Positions 49,571-58,897 of a DNA stretch of 64,000 nt are shown piece after piece. The DNA is from a virus (taxonomy: Duplodnaviria; Caudoviricetes), in the IMG/VR virus record IMGVR_UViG_3300044633_001982; one strand, given 5' to 3'. The position numbers and the translations under genes are program-made. The notes under the pieces were generated by a model. That model ran no database searches and was not told the origin of the DNA. It was given only the letters and a program-made list of their open reading frames with translations. Position 1 is the stretch's first letter, and each line of letters opens with the position of its first letter.

Positions 49571-51328
49571 TTACTTACTATTGATTTCGTTAAGTATTTG
49601 TTCAACAATATCCGAGGACGTTCCGTCGTCACCCATTACAGTTCCTATTATTTTTTTCTTGTTATCTAAAATGTCATAAATTACCCCTTCAATTGTATTT
49701 TCAAAAATTGGGTAATATACGGAAACTGAATTTTTTTGACCATATCGGTACGCTCTATCTTCAGCTTGTGAATGGTCTGCGGGTACGAAAGATAAATCAT
49801 TCATAATACACGCCTCAGCCGCGGTTAATGTTAAACCAACACCTGCGGCTTTAATATTACCACAAAATACTTGAACTTTTTCATCAGTTTGAAATCTGTC
49901 AACAGCATCCTGTCTTGCGGGTTTTGTAGTTGACCCATCTAAATAAACTGATTTTTTACCAAAATGTTCATGTATTTTTTTTAGAGGTTCTGTAAAATTA
50001 CTAAAAATGATTACTTTTTTACCTTGTTCTAAAATATTTTCAGCTAACTCAATTGTTGTTGGTATTTTTTCTTCGGCAATAACTTGTCTTACTTTCATTA
50101 ATTTTGTAAACTGTATTGAAAGTGATTTAGATTCTTCTTGTCTATTATTATACCAATCATAGTACTCACCCATTAATCCTTCATAAAATTTTGATTTTAA
50201 TCTCAAATAAACAGGGGTCATTATTTTTTCAGGTAAATCTAAAACATCTGTTTTTAGTCTTCTTAAAATTTGACGAGAAGTTCTTTCTCTAAGTTCTTCT
50301 AAATTTGATGCACCTGTAACATTCCAAACTTTTTTATTACCAACCCTAAATTGATATCCGTTACAATATCTAATTGCGTACGCCATCCAATTCTGACTAA
50401 CAGGACTATCAATTAATTTTAAAAGATTGTAGTAATTCATTGGTCTTGATGTCATTGGAGTACCTGTTAATAACCAAAGTTTTTTAACATTCTTAGTTAA
50501 GTCCATTATAATTTTGGTTCTTTGTGCCTGAGCGTTAGAAACATAATGTGCTTCATCAATTATGATTAAATCAAAATTTGATTTGAATATTAATGAATTT
50601 TCTTTGTCCTTTGGGTCGTAAAAATTTTTAAGGATATCATAATTTGTAATTACAAAATCACTGTCCTCATATTTTTTACCTTCACAAATAAAAATATTTT
50701 TATCTGTATAATTTTTAATTTCTCTTTCCCAATTGATTTTTAAAGACGCTGGACAAATTATCAATATTTTTTTAGCACCACTTTCTAAACTTGCAATTAC
50801 TGTTGAGGTAGTTTTACCTAATCCCATATCGTCCGCTAAAATGAATTTATCATTTTTTAATAGTTTTTCTATCGCTTCTTTTTGGTGAGATAAGGGGGGT
50901 CGATTTTGATACTTAGAATAATCGACCTCAATTACATTTTCTTTATATTGTTTAACAATCGCGGCTTTAGGTATCCAAAAATCATGAATAGTTTCACCAC
51001 TATGAATCTTACCCCAAATATGATAAGATTTATCTTTTTCTATTAAAATTTTTTCTACATAAATTTTATCAGGCTCTTTTATAAATGGATTATCCTCGAC
51101 AAGTTTTTGTGAAAAATAAGAATCAATATCCACCCATTTTTTGGCAACTTTTGGAGTTGTGGTATAATAAGTTATTATATACTCACATTGAGCTCTAGTT
51201 GGGATGTGTTTTTTGTTTGTCTCACATTGTTTTTTAATTTTAAGTATATAGTTATTTGACCCTTCATAATTTTCTAAAATACTTAGGGCTTTTTGTTCAA
51301 TACTTAAATGTGAAGTTCCTGTTTCCAA
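49571..51328 (-). CDS. SNF2-family helicase/annealing ATPase
   Basis: LADDMGLGKT, ICPASL, IDEAH, LTGTP, QAEDRAYRYGQ; TTG start. Confidence 0.93.
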   Translation of the reverse strand: METGTSHLSIEQKALSILENYEGSNNYILKIKKQCETNKKHIPTRAQCEYIITYYTTTPKVAKKWVDIDSYFSQKLVEDNPFIKEPDKIYVEKILIEKDKSYHIWGKIHSGETIHDFWIPKAAIVKQYKENVIEVDYSKYQNRPPLSHQKEAIEKLLKNDKFILADDMGLGKTTSTVIASLESGAKKILIICPASLKINWEREIKNYTDKNIFICEGKKYEDSDFVITNYDILKNFYDPKDKENSLIFKSNFDLIIIDEAHYVSNAQAQRTKIIMDLTKNVKKLWLLTGTPMTSRPMNYYNLLKLIDSPVSQNWMAYAIRYCNGYQFRVGNKKVWNVTGASNLEELRERTSRQILRRLKTDVLDLPEKIMTPVYLRLKSKFYEGLMGEYYDWYNNRQEESKSLSIQFTKLMKVRQVIAEEKIPTTIELAENILEQGKKVIIFSNFTEPLKKIHEHFGKKSVYLDGSTTKPARQDAVDRFQTDEKVQVFCGNIKAAGVGLTLTAAEACIMNDLSFVPADHSQAEDRAYRYGQKNSVSVYYPIFENTIEGVIYDILDNKKKIIGTVMGDDGTSSDIVEQILNEINSK

Positions 51329-51382
51329 ACTTTCAATATTACATTACTTATAATAATAAGTGAAATAAAGATATTTATCAAT

Positions 51383-51898
51383 ATGTCACAAAGAAATGTA
51401 CCAATTACTCGTTTAGGAAAATTTTTTGGAGCCGAGGACTTCACATTAGATGTGGGTATGGGTAGAGAATGGCTAGAAGGGGATATGAACTTTACTTTGG
51501 TCTTATACAAAATCGATAAACAAAAGACAGATATTGATGATGTTTATGGGGAGGCTTTAGCTAACGGAATTAAATTTCTCACACCTGTCGAGTTTAAGGC
51601 ATATGTTCAAGTATCTGCACCTGAAAATAAAAATATAGGTACTAGTAAAATTAATCAATTTGAACCTGGTAATATTAGAATTTCAGTATATCAGTCACAT
51701 TTGGATGAATTAGGTATTGAAATTGAATATGGTGACTATATAGGGTATTATGAAAAAGAAAACCGTGTAAGATACTATACAGTTAATAATGATGGTAAAG
51801 TTGTTTCAGATAATAAACATACTTACGCAGGATATAAACCATTCTACAGAACAATAAATGCGTCACCTGTAGGACCAAACGAATTTAACGGAATATAA
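51383..51898 (+). CDS. Head-tail adaptor/neck protein (gp14-like)
   Basis: DIDDVYGEA, EIEYGDYI; precedes a gp15-like gene; TATTTATC at 51372-51379. Confidence 0.55.
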   Translation: MSQRNVPITRLGKFFGAEDFTLDVGMGREWLEGDMNFTLVLYKIDKQKTDIDDVYGEALANGIKFLTPVEFKAYVQVSAPENKNIGTSKINQFEPGNIRISVYQSHLDELGIEIEYGDYIGYYEKENRVRYYTVNNDGKVVSDNKHTYAGYKPFYRTINASPVGPNEFNGI

Positions 51899-51899
51899 A

Positions 51900-52937
51900 A
51901 TGGGGTTACCTAAAAAAATAAAAAAAGACATTAGTCTTATCCCTAAAAAAGAAGGATTGTCTCGTAGGATAGAAATGCTTGATATGATTAACGAGCATGG
52001 AACATATCTACCAAAATCTATATTACACGAAGATTTGGATAGAGGGTTTTTAGATTTTGTTAAAAATGATTTAGAGATTAGTACTGATGGTGTTAAAGTA
52101 CCAATTATTGACATTATCATGACAACTCAAAACTGGTCAAATTACGCAAAAACTTGGTCATTTCAAAATTTAGATAAAAATCCTGAACCTCCTTTTGTGA
52201 CAACAATTAGAAATCCTGAAGTTAAATACGGTTCATTACCATCATTAATGTGGACTATTCCAAATAGAAAACAATATTTTTACGCAGCAGTACCAACGTG
52301 GGATGGTGAAAGAAAAGGGTACGATGTTTATACAATACCACAACCAGTACCTGTTGATATTACATACTCAGTAAAAATAGTTTGTAATAGAATGAGAGAG
52401 TTAAATAAGTTTAATAAAAAAGTAATAGAAAAATTTTCATCTCGTCAAGCTTACACAAATGTTAAAGGTCATTACATTCCAATAGTTATGAATGAAATTT
52501 CTGATGAATCAGTAATGGACGTTGAAAAAAGAAGATATTATATCCAAAGTTACGGGTTTACATTAATGGGGTTTTTAATTGATGAAGATGAATTTGAAGT
52601 TAAACCTGCAATTAATAGAGTATTACAATTAATTGAAACAGATACAAAAAAAGTGAAATCTAAAAAAATTAAAAATGAAACCGCTCCATCTTCAAGTTTA
52701 ACTTTAAATTTTGAAGGTGCGACCACAACGATTACACAAGAATTTAAATATACCGCCAACTTAACTGTTGAGTCTAAGGTTAATATTACAAATTATTATA
52801 TATACATTAATGGTCTTTTTTATGGGTCCAATTCATCAACCATTCAAATTAATAATGGTGATACTTTACAAATTGATATACAAAAAGTCACCTCGGAATT
52901 GGATTCTAAAATGTCATTAGGTATTGAGTTAATTTAA
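51900..52937 (+). CDS. Tail terminator/sheath-stabilising protein (gp15-like)
   Basis: PQPVPVDITYSVKI...MNE..ISDES...YIQSYGFTLMG; position before the sheath gene. Confidence 0.6.
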   Translation: MGLPKKIKKDISLIPKKEGLSRRIEMLDMINEHGTYLPKSILHEDLDRGFLDFVKNDLEISTDGVKVPIIDIIMTTQNWSNYAKTWSFQNLDKNPEPPFVTTIRNPEVKYGSLPSLMWTIPNRKQYFYAAVPTWDGERKGYDVYTIPQPVPVDITYSVKIVCNRMRELNKFNKKVIEKFSSRQAYTNVKGHYIPIVMNEISDESVMDVEKRRYYIQSYGFTLMGFLIDEDEFEVKPAINRVLQLIETDTKKVKSKKIKNETAPSSSLTLNFEGATTTITQEFKYTANLTVESKVNITNYYIYINGLFYGSNSSTIQINNGDTLQIDIQKVTSELDSKMSLGIELI

Positions 52938-53084
52938 TTACTCTCCGTAAATATCATTTTTATTTGTACAATTTTTTTTAATTAACATTTCTATAAATTT
53001 ATTTATTTTAAGACCGTGCTTATCGCAATGTTTTTTTAGTAAATCGTGATGATATTCCGATATTTTTAAATTTTTAAATTTCAT
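52938..53084 (-). CDS. Small ribbon-helix-helix-like DNA-binding protein; not in ORF track
   Basis: Hand translation MKFKNLKISEYHHDLLKKHCDKHGLKINKFIEMLIKKNCTNKNDIYGE (48 aa); TATTTATA at 53118-53125. Confidence 0.6.
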   Translation of the reverse strand: MKFKNLKISEYHHDLLKKHCDKHGLKINKFIEMLIKKNCTNKNDIYGE

Positions 53085-53162
53085 AGGATAAAAAAGTAGA
53101 AAAAAATCATACCAAAATATAAATAGATTAAGATATGTAAAGTTTTTTGAAAAACCTGAAAG

Positions 53163-53170
53163 TATTTATA
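53163..53170 (+). promoter_or_regulatory. Putative late promoter TATTTATA (sheath)
   Basis: 31 nt before the sheath ATG. Confidence 0.65.
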
Positions 53171-53201
53171 GAAAAATAAATTATAAAAAAACTTACATTA
53201 A

Positions 53202-56200
53202 ATGGCTAAATCAAACACAGTTTTCGTTTCTCCAGGTGTGTATACATCTGAAAGAGATTTGAGTTTTGTGTCTCAAAATGTGGGTGTAACTACTTTAGGT
53301 ATTGTTGGTGAAACTATTAAGGGACCGGCATTTGAACCTATATTTGTCACTAACTATGACGAATTCCAACTTTACTTTGGAGGTACTTCACCTGAAAAAT
53401 TCATAAACACTCAAATACCTAAGTATGAGGCGGCGTATATCGCCAAATCTTACCTACAACAATCTAATCAACTTTTTGTAACTCGTGTATTAGGGTTATC
53501 CGGTTATGACGCTGGACCATCATGGTCTATCAGTACTGTTGCAAATGTTGATTGTGATACAATAATATTCACAGGGTCAACAAACTATTTACTTACATTT
53601 ACAGGTACATCCGCATCAACATCGTCAATAACATTTGGTTCGGTTCCAACTGCTTTAAATCCGAATATTTTCTCATTACCATACACTACATTTAATGGTG
53701 GGACATCATCAATTTCTGATGATATGAAATCATTGGTATTGAATATTATGAGGTCACAAGCAACTTCTGCATACACAGGTAGTATGTGGGGAACAATTCC
53801 GGCAAGTGCTTATACGTCGTATTCATCAGTTTACTCAGCAATTACAAATGAATACGGAGTTACCAGTTTATCGGCAATTACGTGTGATTCAAAAAACGAC
53901 CCATGGTTTTATTCCACATTTGGTTTAATGTATGGTGATTCATATTCAGGAATTTCATTTAATGCATCGGTAACATCATTATCGGGTACTGCTTATGGAA
54001 ACGCGGGTTCTTTTTCAGGATGTGTATCAGGTACTGTATTCTCATATTCAGGAACAGCATTTTCTGATTACAATGATATTGTTGTCGCAACTTTACGTTC
54101 TAGAGGTTTAGCTGATTACTCAAGTGATAACGGACCTGTTTATCAAGTTTCCGCAACAACTGCGTTGACTATGGTGTGTTCGGGGTCTTATTCAGGAGTA
54201 ACTAAGAATCCTTTATCAACATTCTTATTATCAGGAAATACTATAGATAATACTAATTTCACATATGAAGTTAATTTATTAGAAACTAGTCCTAATTTCA
54301 TTTCTAAAGTTCTTGGTGTATCTAATTTTAGTAAACCTAGAACAACGTTCCCTCTATTTGTTGAAGAAGCGTACACTACTTTAATTAATTACGCATACAA
54401 TAAAGGATATATTAGAGGTCTGAATTGTGGTTTAGACACATCTGCTAAAGCTAGAGATTTGACTACAGATTCTTTAGGATGGTACCTTGAACAATATCAA
54501 AGTGCCGAGTCTCCATGGGTTGTGTCAGAATTGAGAGGTAATAAAATTTATGAATTATTTAAATTTTTCACTATTTCAGATGGTAATAATTCTAATACAC
54601 AAGTTAAAATTACAGTTGCAAATATATCATTCACAAATGGTACTTTTGATGTAATTGTTAGAGATTTTTACGATACTGATAGTAACCCTGTTGTTGTTGA
54701 GAAATTCTCAAATTGTAGCATGGACCCTAACTTGAATAACTATGTTGCTAAGAAAATTGGTACCTCAGATGGTGAATACCAATTAAATTCTAAATATGTT
54801 ATGCTTGAAGTTAATGTTGATGCACCAATAGACGCGTTACCATGTGGATTTGAAGGATATATTAACAGAGAGTATCCTTCATCAAATTCGGCTTTCCCAA
54901 TATATAAGACAAAATATTATATTCCTGGTGAAACAATATATGACCCTCCTTTCGGTAATTCTGCTGGTGTTAATAACGACACTCAAAGTTCAGGAGACAA
55001 CGTTAGAAGAAGTTATTTAGGTTTCTCAAGTCAATTTGGTATTGATGAATCTTTATTAATTTATAAAGGTAAACAAAATCCTGTAAGTGATTTCTGTGAC
55101 GCAGTAACTGGTTCTGATTGGGCATATTTGTCAAGAGGATTCCATATGGATAGTGGGGCTACAGTTGTTACAATAGGTCAATTAAGTCCTAATTATAATG
55201 GTTTAACAACTTCAGGAAACCAAGCGTTTGATTGTGGGGTTGCGTCATTTAATACTGAACCAACTTCTGAAACTAATCCTTACTATAGATTATATTCTCG
55301 TAAATTCACTTTAGCATTACAAGGTGGTTTTGACGGATGGGATATCTACACTGAAAGAAGAACTAATTCTGACAGATTTGTGTTAGGTAGAAGTGGATAC
55401 TTGGCAGGTGCTTGTGTATCGACATCATATCCTTTAGCAACAGGTACAGGTATGTTTAAACAAATTACTGTAGGTGACAATAGTGTTGATTGGGCAAATA
55501 CTGACTATTATGCATATTTGTTAGGTCAAAAAACTTTCTCAAACCCTGAAGCGGTTAATATTAACGTATTTGTTACTCCTGGTATTGATATTGATAATAA
55601 TAGTAATTTAGTTGAGGCGTCTATTGATATGATTGAAAACGACAGAGCGGATTCAATCTATATTACGACAATCCCTGATTTTAATTTATTACAACCATCA
55701 ACTTCAGTTGATAATTTATATTACCCACAAGAGGTTGTAGATATTTTAGAAACTGCGGGTATTGACTCAAACTATACCGCAACTTACTATCCTTGGGTGT
55801 TGACTCGTGATACAGTTAATAATACCCAAATTTACTTACCTGCAACTGCTGAAGTAACAAGAAACTTGGCATTAACTGATAACATTGCGTTCCCATGGTT
55901 CGCAGCCGCTGGTTACACAAGAGGACTAGTAAACGCAATCAAGGCTCGTAAAAAGTTAACTCAAGAAGATAGAGACACATTGTACAAGGGTAGAATTAAT
56001 CCTATCGCAACATTCAATGATGTCGGAACAGTTATTTGGGGTAATAAAACACTTCAAATTAGAGAGTCAGCATTAGATAGAATTAACGTTAGAAGATTGT
56101 TGTTACAAGCACGTAAGTTGATTTCGGCAGTGGCTGTAAGATTATTGTTTGAACAAAACGACGCGGTAGTTAGACAACAATTCTTAGATGCGGTTAATCC

Positions 56201-56387
56201 AATCTTAGATTCTATTCGTAGAGACAGAGGTTTATATGACTTCAGAGTTACAGTTCAAAACACTCCTGAAGATTTAGATAGAAACCAAATGATAGGTAAG
56301 ATTTACATCAAACCAACTAAAGCTCTTGAATTTATTGATATTGAGTTCTTAATTACTCCAACTGGAGCTTCTTTTGAGAACATCTAA
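53202..56387 (+). CDS. Contractile tail sheath protein
   Basis: SPGVYTSERDLS, GETIKGPAFEP, YYPWV, PWFAAAGYTRG, YKGRINPI, WGNKTLQ, RINVRRL, IKPTKALEFI. Confidence 0.97.
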   Translation: MAKSNTVFVSPGVYTSERDLSFVSQNVGVTTLGIVGETIKGPAFEPIFVTNYDEFQLYFGGTSPEKFINTQIPKYEAAYIAKSYLQQSNQLFVTRVLGLSGYDAGPSWSISTVANVDCDTIIFTGSTNYLLTFTGTSASTSSITFGSVPTALNPNIFSLPYTTFNGGTSSISDDMKSLVLNIMRSQATSAYTGSMWGTIPASAYTSYSSVYSAITNEYGVTSLSAITCDSKNDPWFYSTFGLMYGDSYSGISFNASVTSLSGTAYGNAGSFSGCVSGTVFSYSGTAFSDYNDIVVATLRSRGLADYSSDNGPVYQVSATTALTMVCSGSYSGVTKNPLSTFLLSGNTIDNTNFTYEVNLLETSPNFISKVLGVSNFSKPRTTFPLFVEEAYTTLINYAYNKGYIRGLNCGLDTSAKARDLTTDSLGWYLEQYQSAESPWVVSELRGNKIYELFKFFTISDGNNSNTQVKITVANISFTNGTFDVIVRDFYDTDSNPVVVEKFSNCSMDPNLNNYVAKKIGTSDGEYQLNSKYVMLEVNVDAPIDALPCGFEGYINREYPSSNSAFPIYKTKYYIPGETIYDPPFGNSAGVNNDTQSSGDNVRRSYLGFSSQFGIDESLLIYKGKQNPVSDFCDAVTGSDWAYLSRGFHMDSGATVVTIGQLSPNYNGLTTSGNQAFDCGVASFNTEPTSETNPYYRLYSRKFTLALQGGFDGWDIYTERRTNSDRFVLGRSGYLAGACVSTSYPLATGTGMFKQITVGDNSVDWANTDYYAYLLGQKTFSNPEAVNINVFVTPGIDIDNNSNLVEASIDMIENDRADSIYITTIPDFNLLQPSTSVDNLYYPQEVVDILETAGIDSNYTATYYPWVLTRDTVNNTQIYLPATAEVTRNLALTDNIAFPWFAAAGYTRGLVNAIKARKKLTQEDRDTLYKGRINPIATFNDVGTVIWGNKTLQIRESALDRINVRRLLLQARKLISAVAVRLLFEQNDAVVRQQFLDAVNPILDSIRRDRGLYDFRVTVQNTPEDLDRNQMIGKIYIKPTKALEFIDIEFLITPTGASFENI

Positions 56388-56404
56388 TATTAAACAATAA
56401 TTAT

Positions 56405-56430
56405 AAAAACCCCCTTATTGGGGGTTTTTT
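56405..56430 (+). terminator. Rho-independent terminator (possibly bidirectional)
   Basis: AAAAACCCCC-TTATT-GGGGGTTTTTT right after the sheath stop. Confidence 0.85.
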
Positions 56431-56453
56431 ATTTTAAACAATATTTATATAAT

Positions 56454-57296
56454 ATGAAAAGAATTTTTGAAGGTTTCACAGAAGAGGGTACTCCTGATTT
56501 AAAATATTATGCATTTGATTGGGATGATAATATAATGTATATGCCAACTAAAATTATCTTAAAAGAAAAAAATGGTAAAGAGGTTGGTATGGGTACACAT
56601 GATTTTGCAAAATACCGTACATTAATTGGAAAAGAAGAGTTTGAATATAATGGCAATACTATTGTAGGATTTTCAGATGACCCGTTTAGATATTTTGGAG
56701 AAAAAGGTGATGAAGAATTTTTGATTGGTTGTTTGATGGCGAAAAAAGGTCCTGCTTGGAGTGATTTTGTAGAAGCAATAAATGGTGGGTCAATTTTTTC
56801 AATAATTACTGCAAGAGGTCATCACCCAAATACATTAAAAAGAGCGGTAAAACAATTAATTGACGGTGAAATCGACGGTATTTCTAAACAAGAAATTGTT
56901 AAAAATTTAAAAAAATATAGAGATAAAGTTAAAGGACTCCCAACTGAAAAATTAGATGATAATACACTTATAAATTTATATTTAGAAATGTGTCAATTTT
57001 ATCCTGTTACACATGGTGAAGGAAGTGCGACAAATCCTGAAGACGGTAAAGTTAAAGCTATGAGAAAATTTATATCATATGTCAGACAACAGGCGAAACT
57101 TTTACAAAAAGACGTAGAAATGATTGACGATGTATCTAATTCGTTTGTACCACAAATAGGTTTTTCAGATGATGATGAAAGAAATTTACAGGCTATGATT
57201 AATAAATTATCTGATGACGAAGAAAAATCTTTAAAAATGTATACTACTAAGACTGGTGAAAAAAAGAAGTTTCAAGGAAGCAATACTGAAGACTAG
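56454..57296 (+). CDS. HAD-superfamily phosphatase-like protein
   Basis: AFDWDDN motif I, IITARGH motif II, GFSDDD motif IV. Start reassigned to 56454 because the track start lies inside the terminator; TATTTATA at 56442-56449. Confidence 0.65.
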   Translation: MKRIFEGFTEEGTPDLKYYAFDWDDNIMYMPTKIILKEKNGKEVGMGTHDFAKYRTLIGKEEFEYNGNTIVGFSDDPFRYFGEKGDEEFLIGCLMAKKGPAWSDFVEAINGGSIFSIITARGHHPNTLKRAVKQLIDGEIDGISKQEIVKNLKKYRDKVKGLPTEKLDDNTLINLYLEMCQFYPVTHGEGSATNPEDGKVKAMRKFISYVRQQAKLLQKDVEMIDDVSNSFVPQIGFSDDDERNLQAMINKLSDDEEKSLKMYTTKTGEKKKFQGSNTED

Positions 57297-57348
57297 TACA
57301 AATATTTCTAAAAAAAAATAAAAGTAAATAGATTTTTCTTTTGTGATA

Positions 57349-57356
57349 TATTTATA
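57349..57356 (+). promoter_or_regulatory. Putative late promoter TATTTATA (tail tube)
   Basis: 34 nt before the tube ATG. Confidence 0.65.
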
Positions 57357-57390
57357 AGAGAATAAAACAGAAAAAAAACAAAAAGAAACT

Positions 57391-57879
57391 ATGGCTGATT
57401 TGCTGATGAAAATGCCGATTCCTTACGAACCGAAAAGGCAGAATAGATTTATATTAAGATTTGATTCTTCTTTAGGAATCAATGAATGGTTTGTAGAATC
57501 TACAAGTAGACCACACATCACAATCGGTGCTACGGAGATTCAATTCTTAAACACTTCTACATTCGTAGCTGGTAGATTTAACTGGCAGACAATTAACGTT
57601 ACGTTCCGTGACCCAATTGGACCTTCAGCTGCTCAGGCTCTTATGGAGTGGGTTCGTTTACATGCTGAATCTGTAACAGGACGTATGGGTTACGCTGCGG
57701 GTTATAAGAAAAACATTGATTTAGAAATGTTAGACCCGACAGGTGTTGTTGTTGAAAAATGGTTGTTACAAGATACGTTCTTAACTGACGTTAACTTTAA
57801 CCAATTATCTTACTCACAAGATGGATTGGCAACTATCACGGCAACTTTAAGACCTGATAGATGTATCTTAGTTTACTAA
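57391..57879 (+). CDS. Tail tube protein (gp19-like)
   Basis: EPKRQNRF, RP.IT, WQTINVTF.DPI, LDPTG.VVEKW, L.PDRC. Confidence 0.9.
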   Translation: MADLLMKMPIPYEPKRQNRFILRFDSSLGINEWFVESTSRPHITIGATEIQFLNTSTFVAGRFNWQTINVTFRDPIGPSAAQALMEWVRLHAESVTGRMGYAAGYKKNIDLEMLDPTGVVVEKWLLQDTFLTDVNFNQLSYSQDGLATITATLRPDRCILVY

Positions 57880-57897
57880 TATAAAAAAATATTTTTT

Positions 57898-57924
57898 AAA
57901 AACCTCACATATGTGGGGTTTTTT
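57898..57924 (+). terminator. Rho-independent terminator
   Basis: AAAAACCTCAC-ATAT-GTGGGGTTTTTT after the tube stop. Confidence 0.8.
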
Positions 57925-57925
57925 G

Positions 57926-57954
57926 TTTACTATGAAATAATGTTAGATTATTTT
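57926..57954 (+). promoter_or_regulatory. Possible sigma70-type promoter TTTACT-N17-TATTTT
   Basis: Between the terminator and the ATG at 57977, where the late motif is absent. Confidence 0.35.
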
Positions 57955-57976
57955 AATTAATAAAACACAAACAAAT

Positions 57977-58729
57977 ATGGACTCAAGAGAAGCCGGACAA
58001 ATGAATTTTAATTTACCACACGATATAGTGACACTACCAAGTGGGGGTAAATTTTATAAAAATAAAAAGAAAAGTGTTAAAGTTGGATTTTTAACTGCTT
58101 CAGATGAAAATCATTTAGTTAATATTAAAAAAGCTGATTCACAATCTATCATAAATGCAATTGTTAGAAACAAACTTTATGAACCTGATATGAAACCAGA
58201 ACAGATGTTAGATGGGGATATTGAAGCGGTTTTGGTATTTCTTAGAAATACTTCATTTGGTCCTAATTATAGTATACCTGCAATTGACCCTGCAACTGGA
58301 GAGTCATTTATTGCAAATATAGACCTATCTGAGTTAGATATTAAAAAAACTAAAGAAGAACCTGATGGTGAGGGTTTGTTTGTTACAACATTACCTAAAA
58401 GTAATGTATCCGTTAAATTAAAACTTTTAACGTTTGGTGAAGACTTAGAAATTGAAAGACAACTAGAAGGTTACCCACAAGGACTTACTCCACCAAGAAT
58501 TACAAAAAGACTATTAGAACAGATTGTTGAATTAAATGGTACGAGAGATAAAGGTGAAATATCCAAGTCAATTGAAAAAATGCCAATTACTGACTCAAAA
58601 TATATTCGTAATTTTTTGAGTGAAAACGAGCCAAGATACGATTTAACAAAAGAAGTTATCGCCCCGTCCGGAAAAAAGGTATCCTTGAGGATAGCCTTTG
58701 GGGTGGAGTTTTTTCGGCCTTTCTTCTGA
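57977..58729 (+). CDS. Tail assembly chaperone / baseplate hub (gp26-like) protein
   Basis: VTLPSGGKFY, LTASDE, DIEAVLVFLR..SFG; located between tube and tape measure genes. Confidence 0.75.
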   Translation: MDSREAGQMNFNLPHDIVTLPSGGKFYKNKKKSVKVGFLTASDENHLVNIKKADSQSIINAIVRNKLYEPDMKPEQMLDGDIEAVLVFLRNTSFGPNYSIPAIDPATGESFIANIDLSELDIKKTKEEPDGEGLFVTTLPKSNVSVKLKLLTFGEDLEIERQLEGYPQGLTPPRITKRLLEQIVELNGTRDKGEISKSIEKMPITDSKYIRNFLSENEPRYDLTKEVIAPSGKKVSLRIAFGVEFFRPFF

Positions 58730-58745
58730 TTACTACGAAGTACAA

Positions 58746-58871
58746 ATGAATGAGTTTCTTTTATTATCAATGAAACTCAATATGTCCTACGAAGATTTCT
58801 TACTTATACCGGTATTCCAAAGAAGGTATTTAATTAATAAATTAGTTGAAATGAATACTCCTAAGGAATAA
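58746..58871 (+). CDS. Small gp51/gpE'-like ORF, probably the +1 frameshift extension of the upstream gene; not in ORF track
   Basis: The +1 frame is open from 58695 and reads ...FFGLSSDYYEVQMNEFLLLSMKLNMSYEDFLLIPVFQRRYLINKLVEMNTPKE. Confidence 0.7.
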   Translation: MNEFLLLSMKLNMSYEDFLLIPVFQRRYLINKLVEMNTPKE

Positions 58872-58886
58872 AAATTTTTTTTTAGT

Positions 58887-58894
58887 TATTTATA
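58887..58894 (+). promoter_or_regulatory. Putative late promoter TATTTATA (tape measure)
   Basis: 3 nt before the ATG at 58898. Confidence 0.55.
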
Positions 58895-58897
58895 TGT

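Noticed and set aside
58706-58750. Canonical -1 frameshift at the T6 run
   Set aside because: The -1 frame (GTT TTT TCG GCC ... AAA TGA) terminates within about 14 codons; only the +1/-2 frame has a plausible extension.
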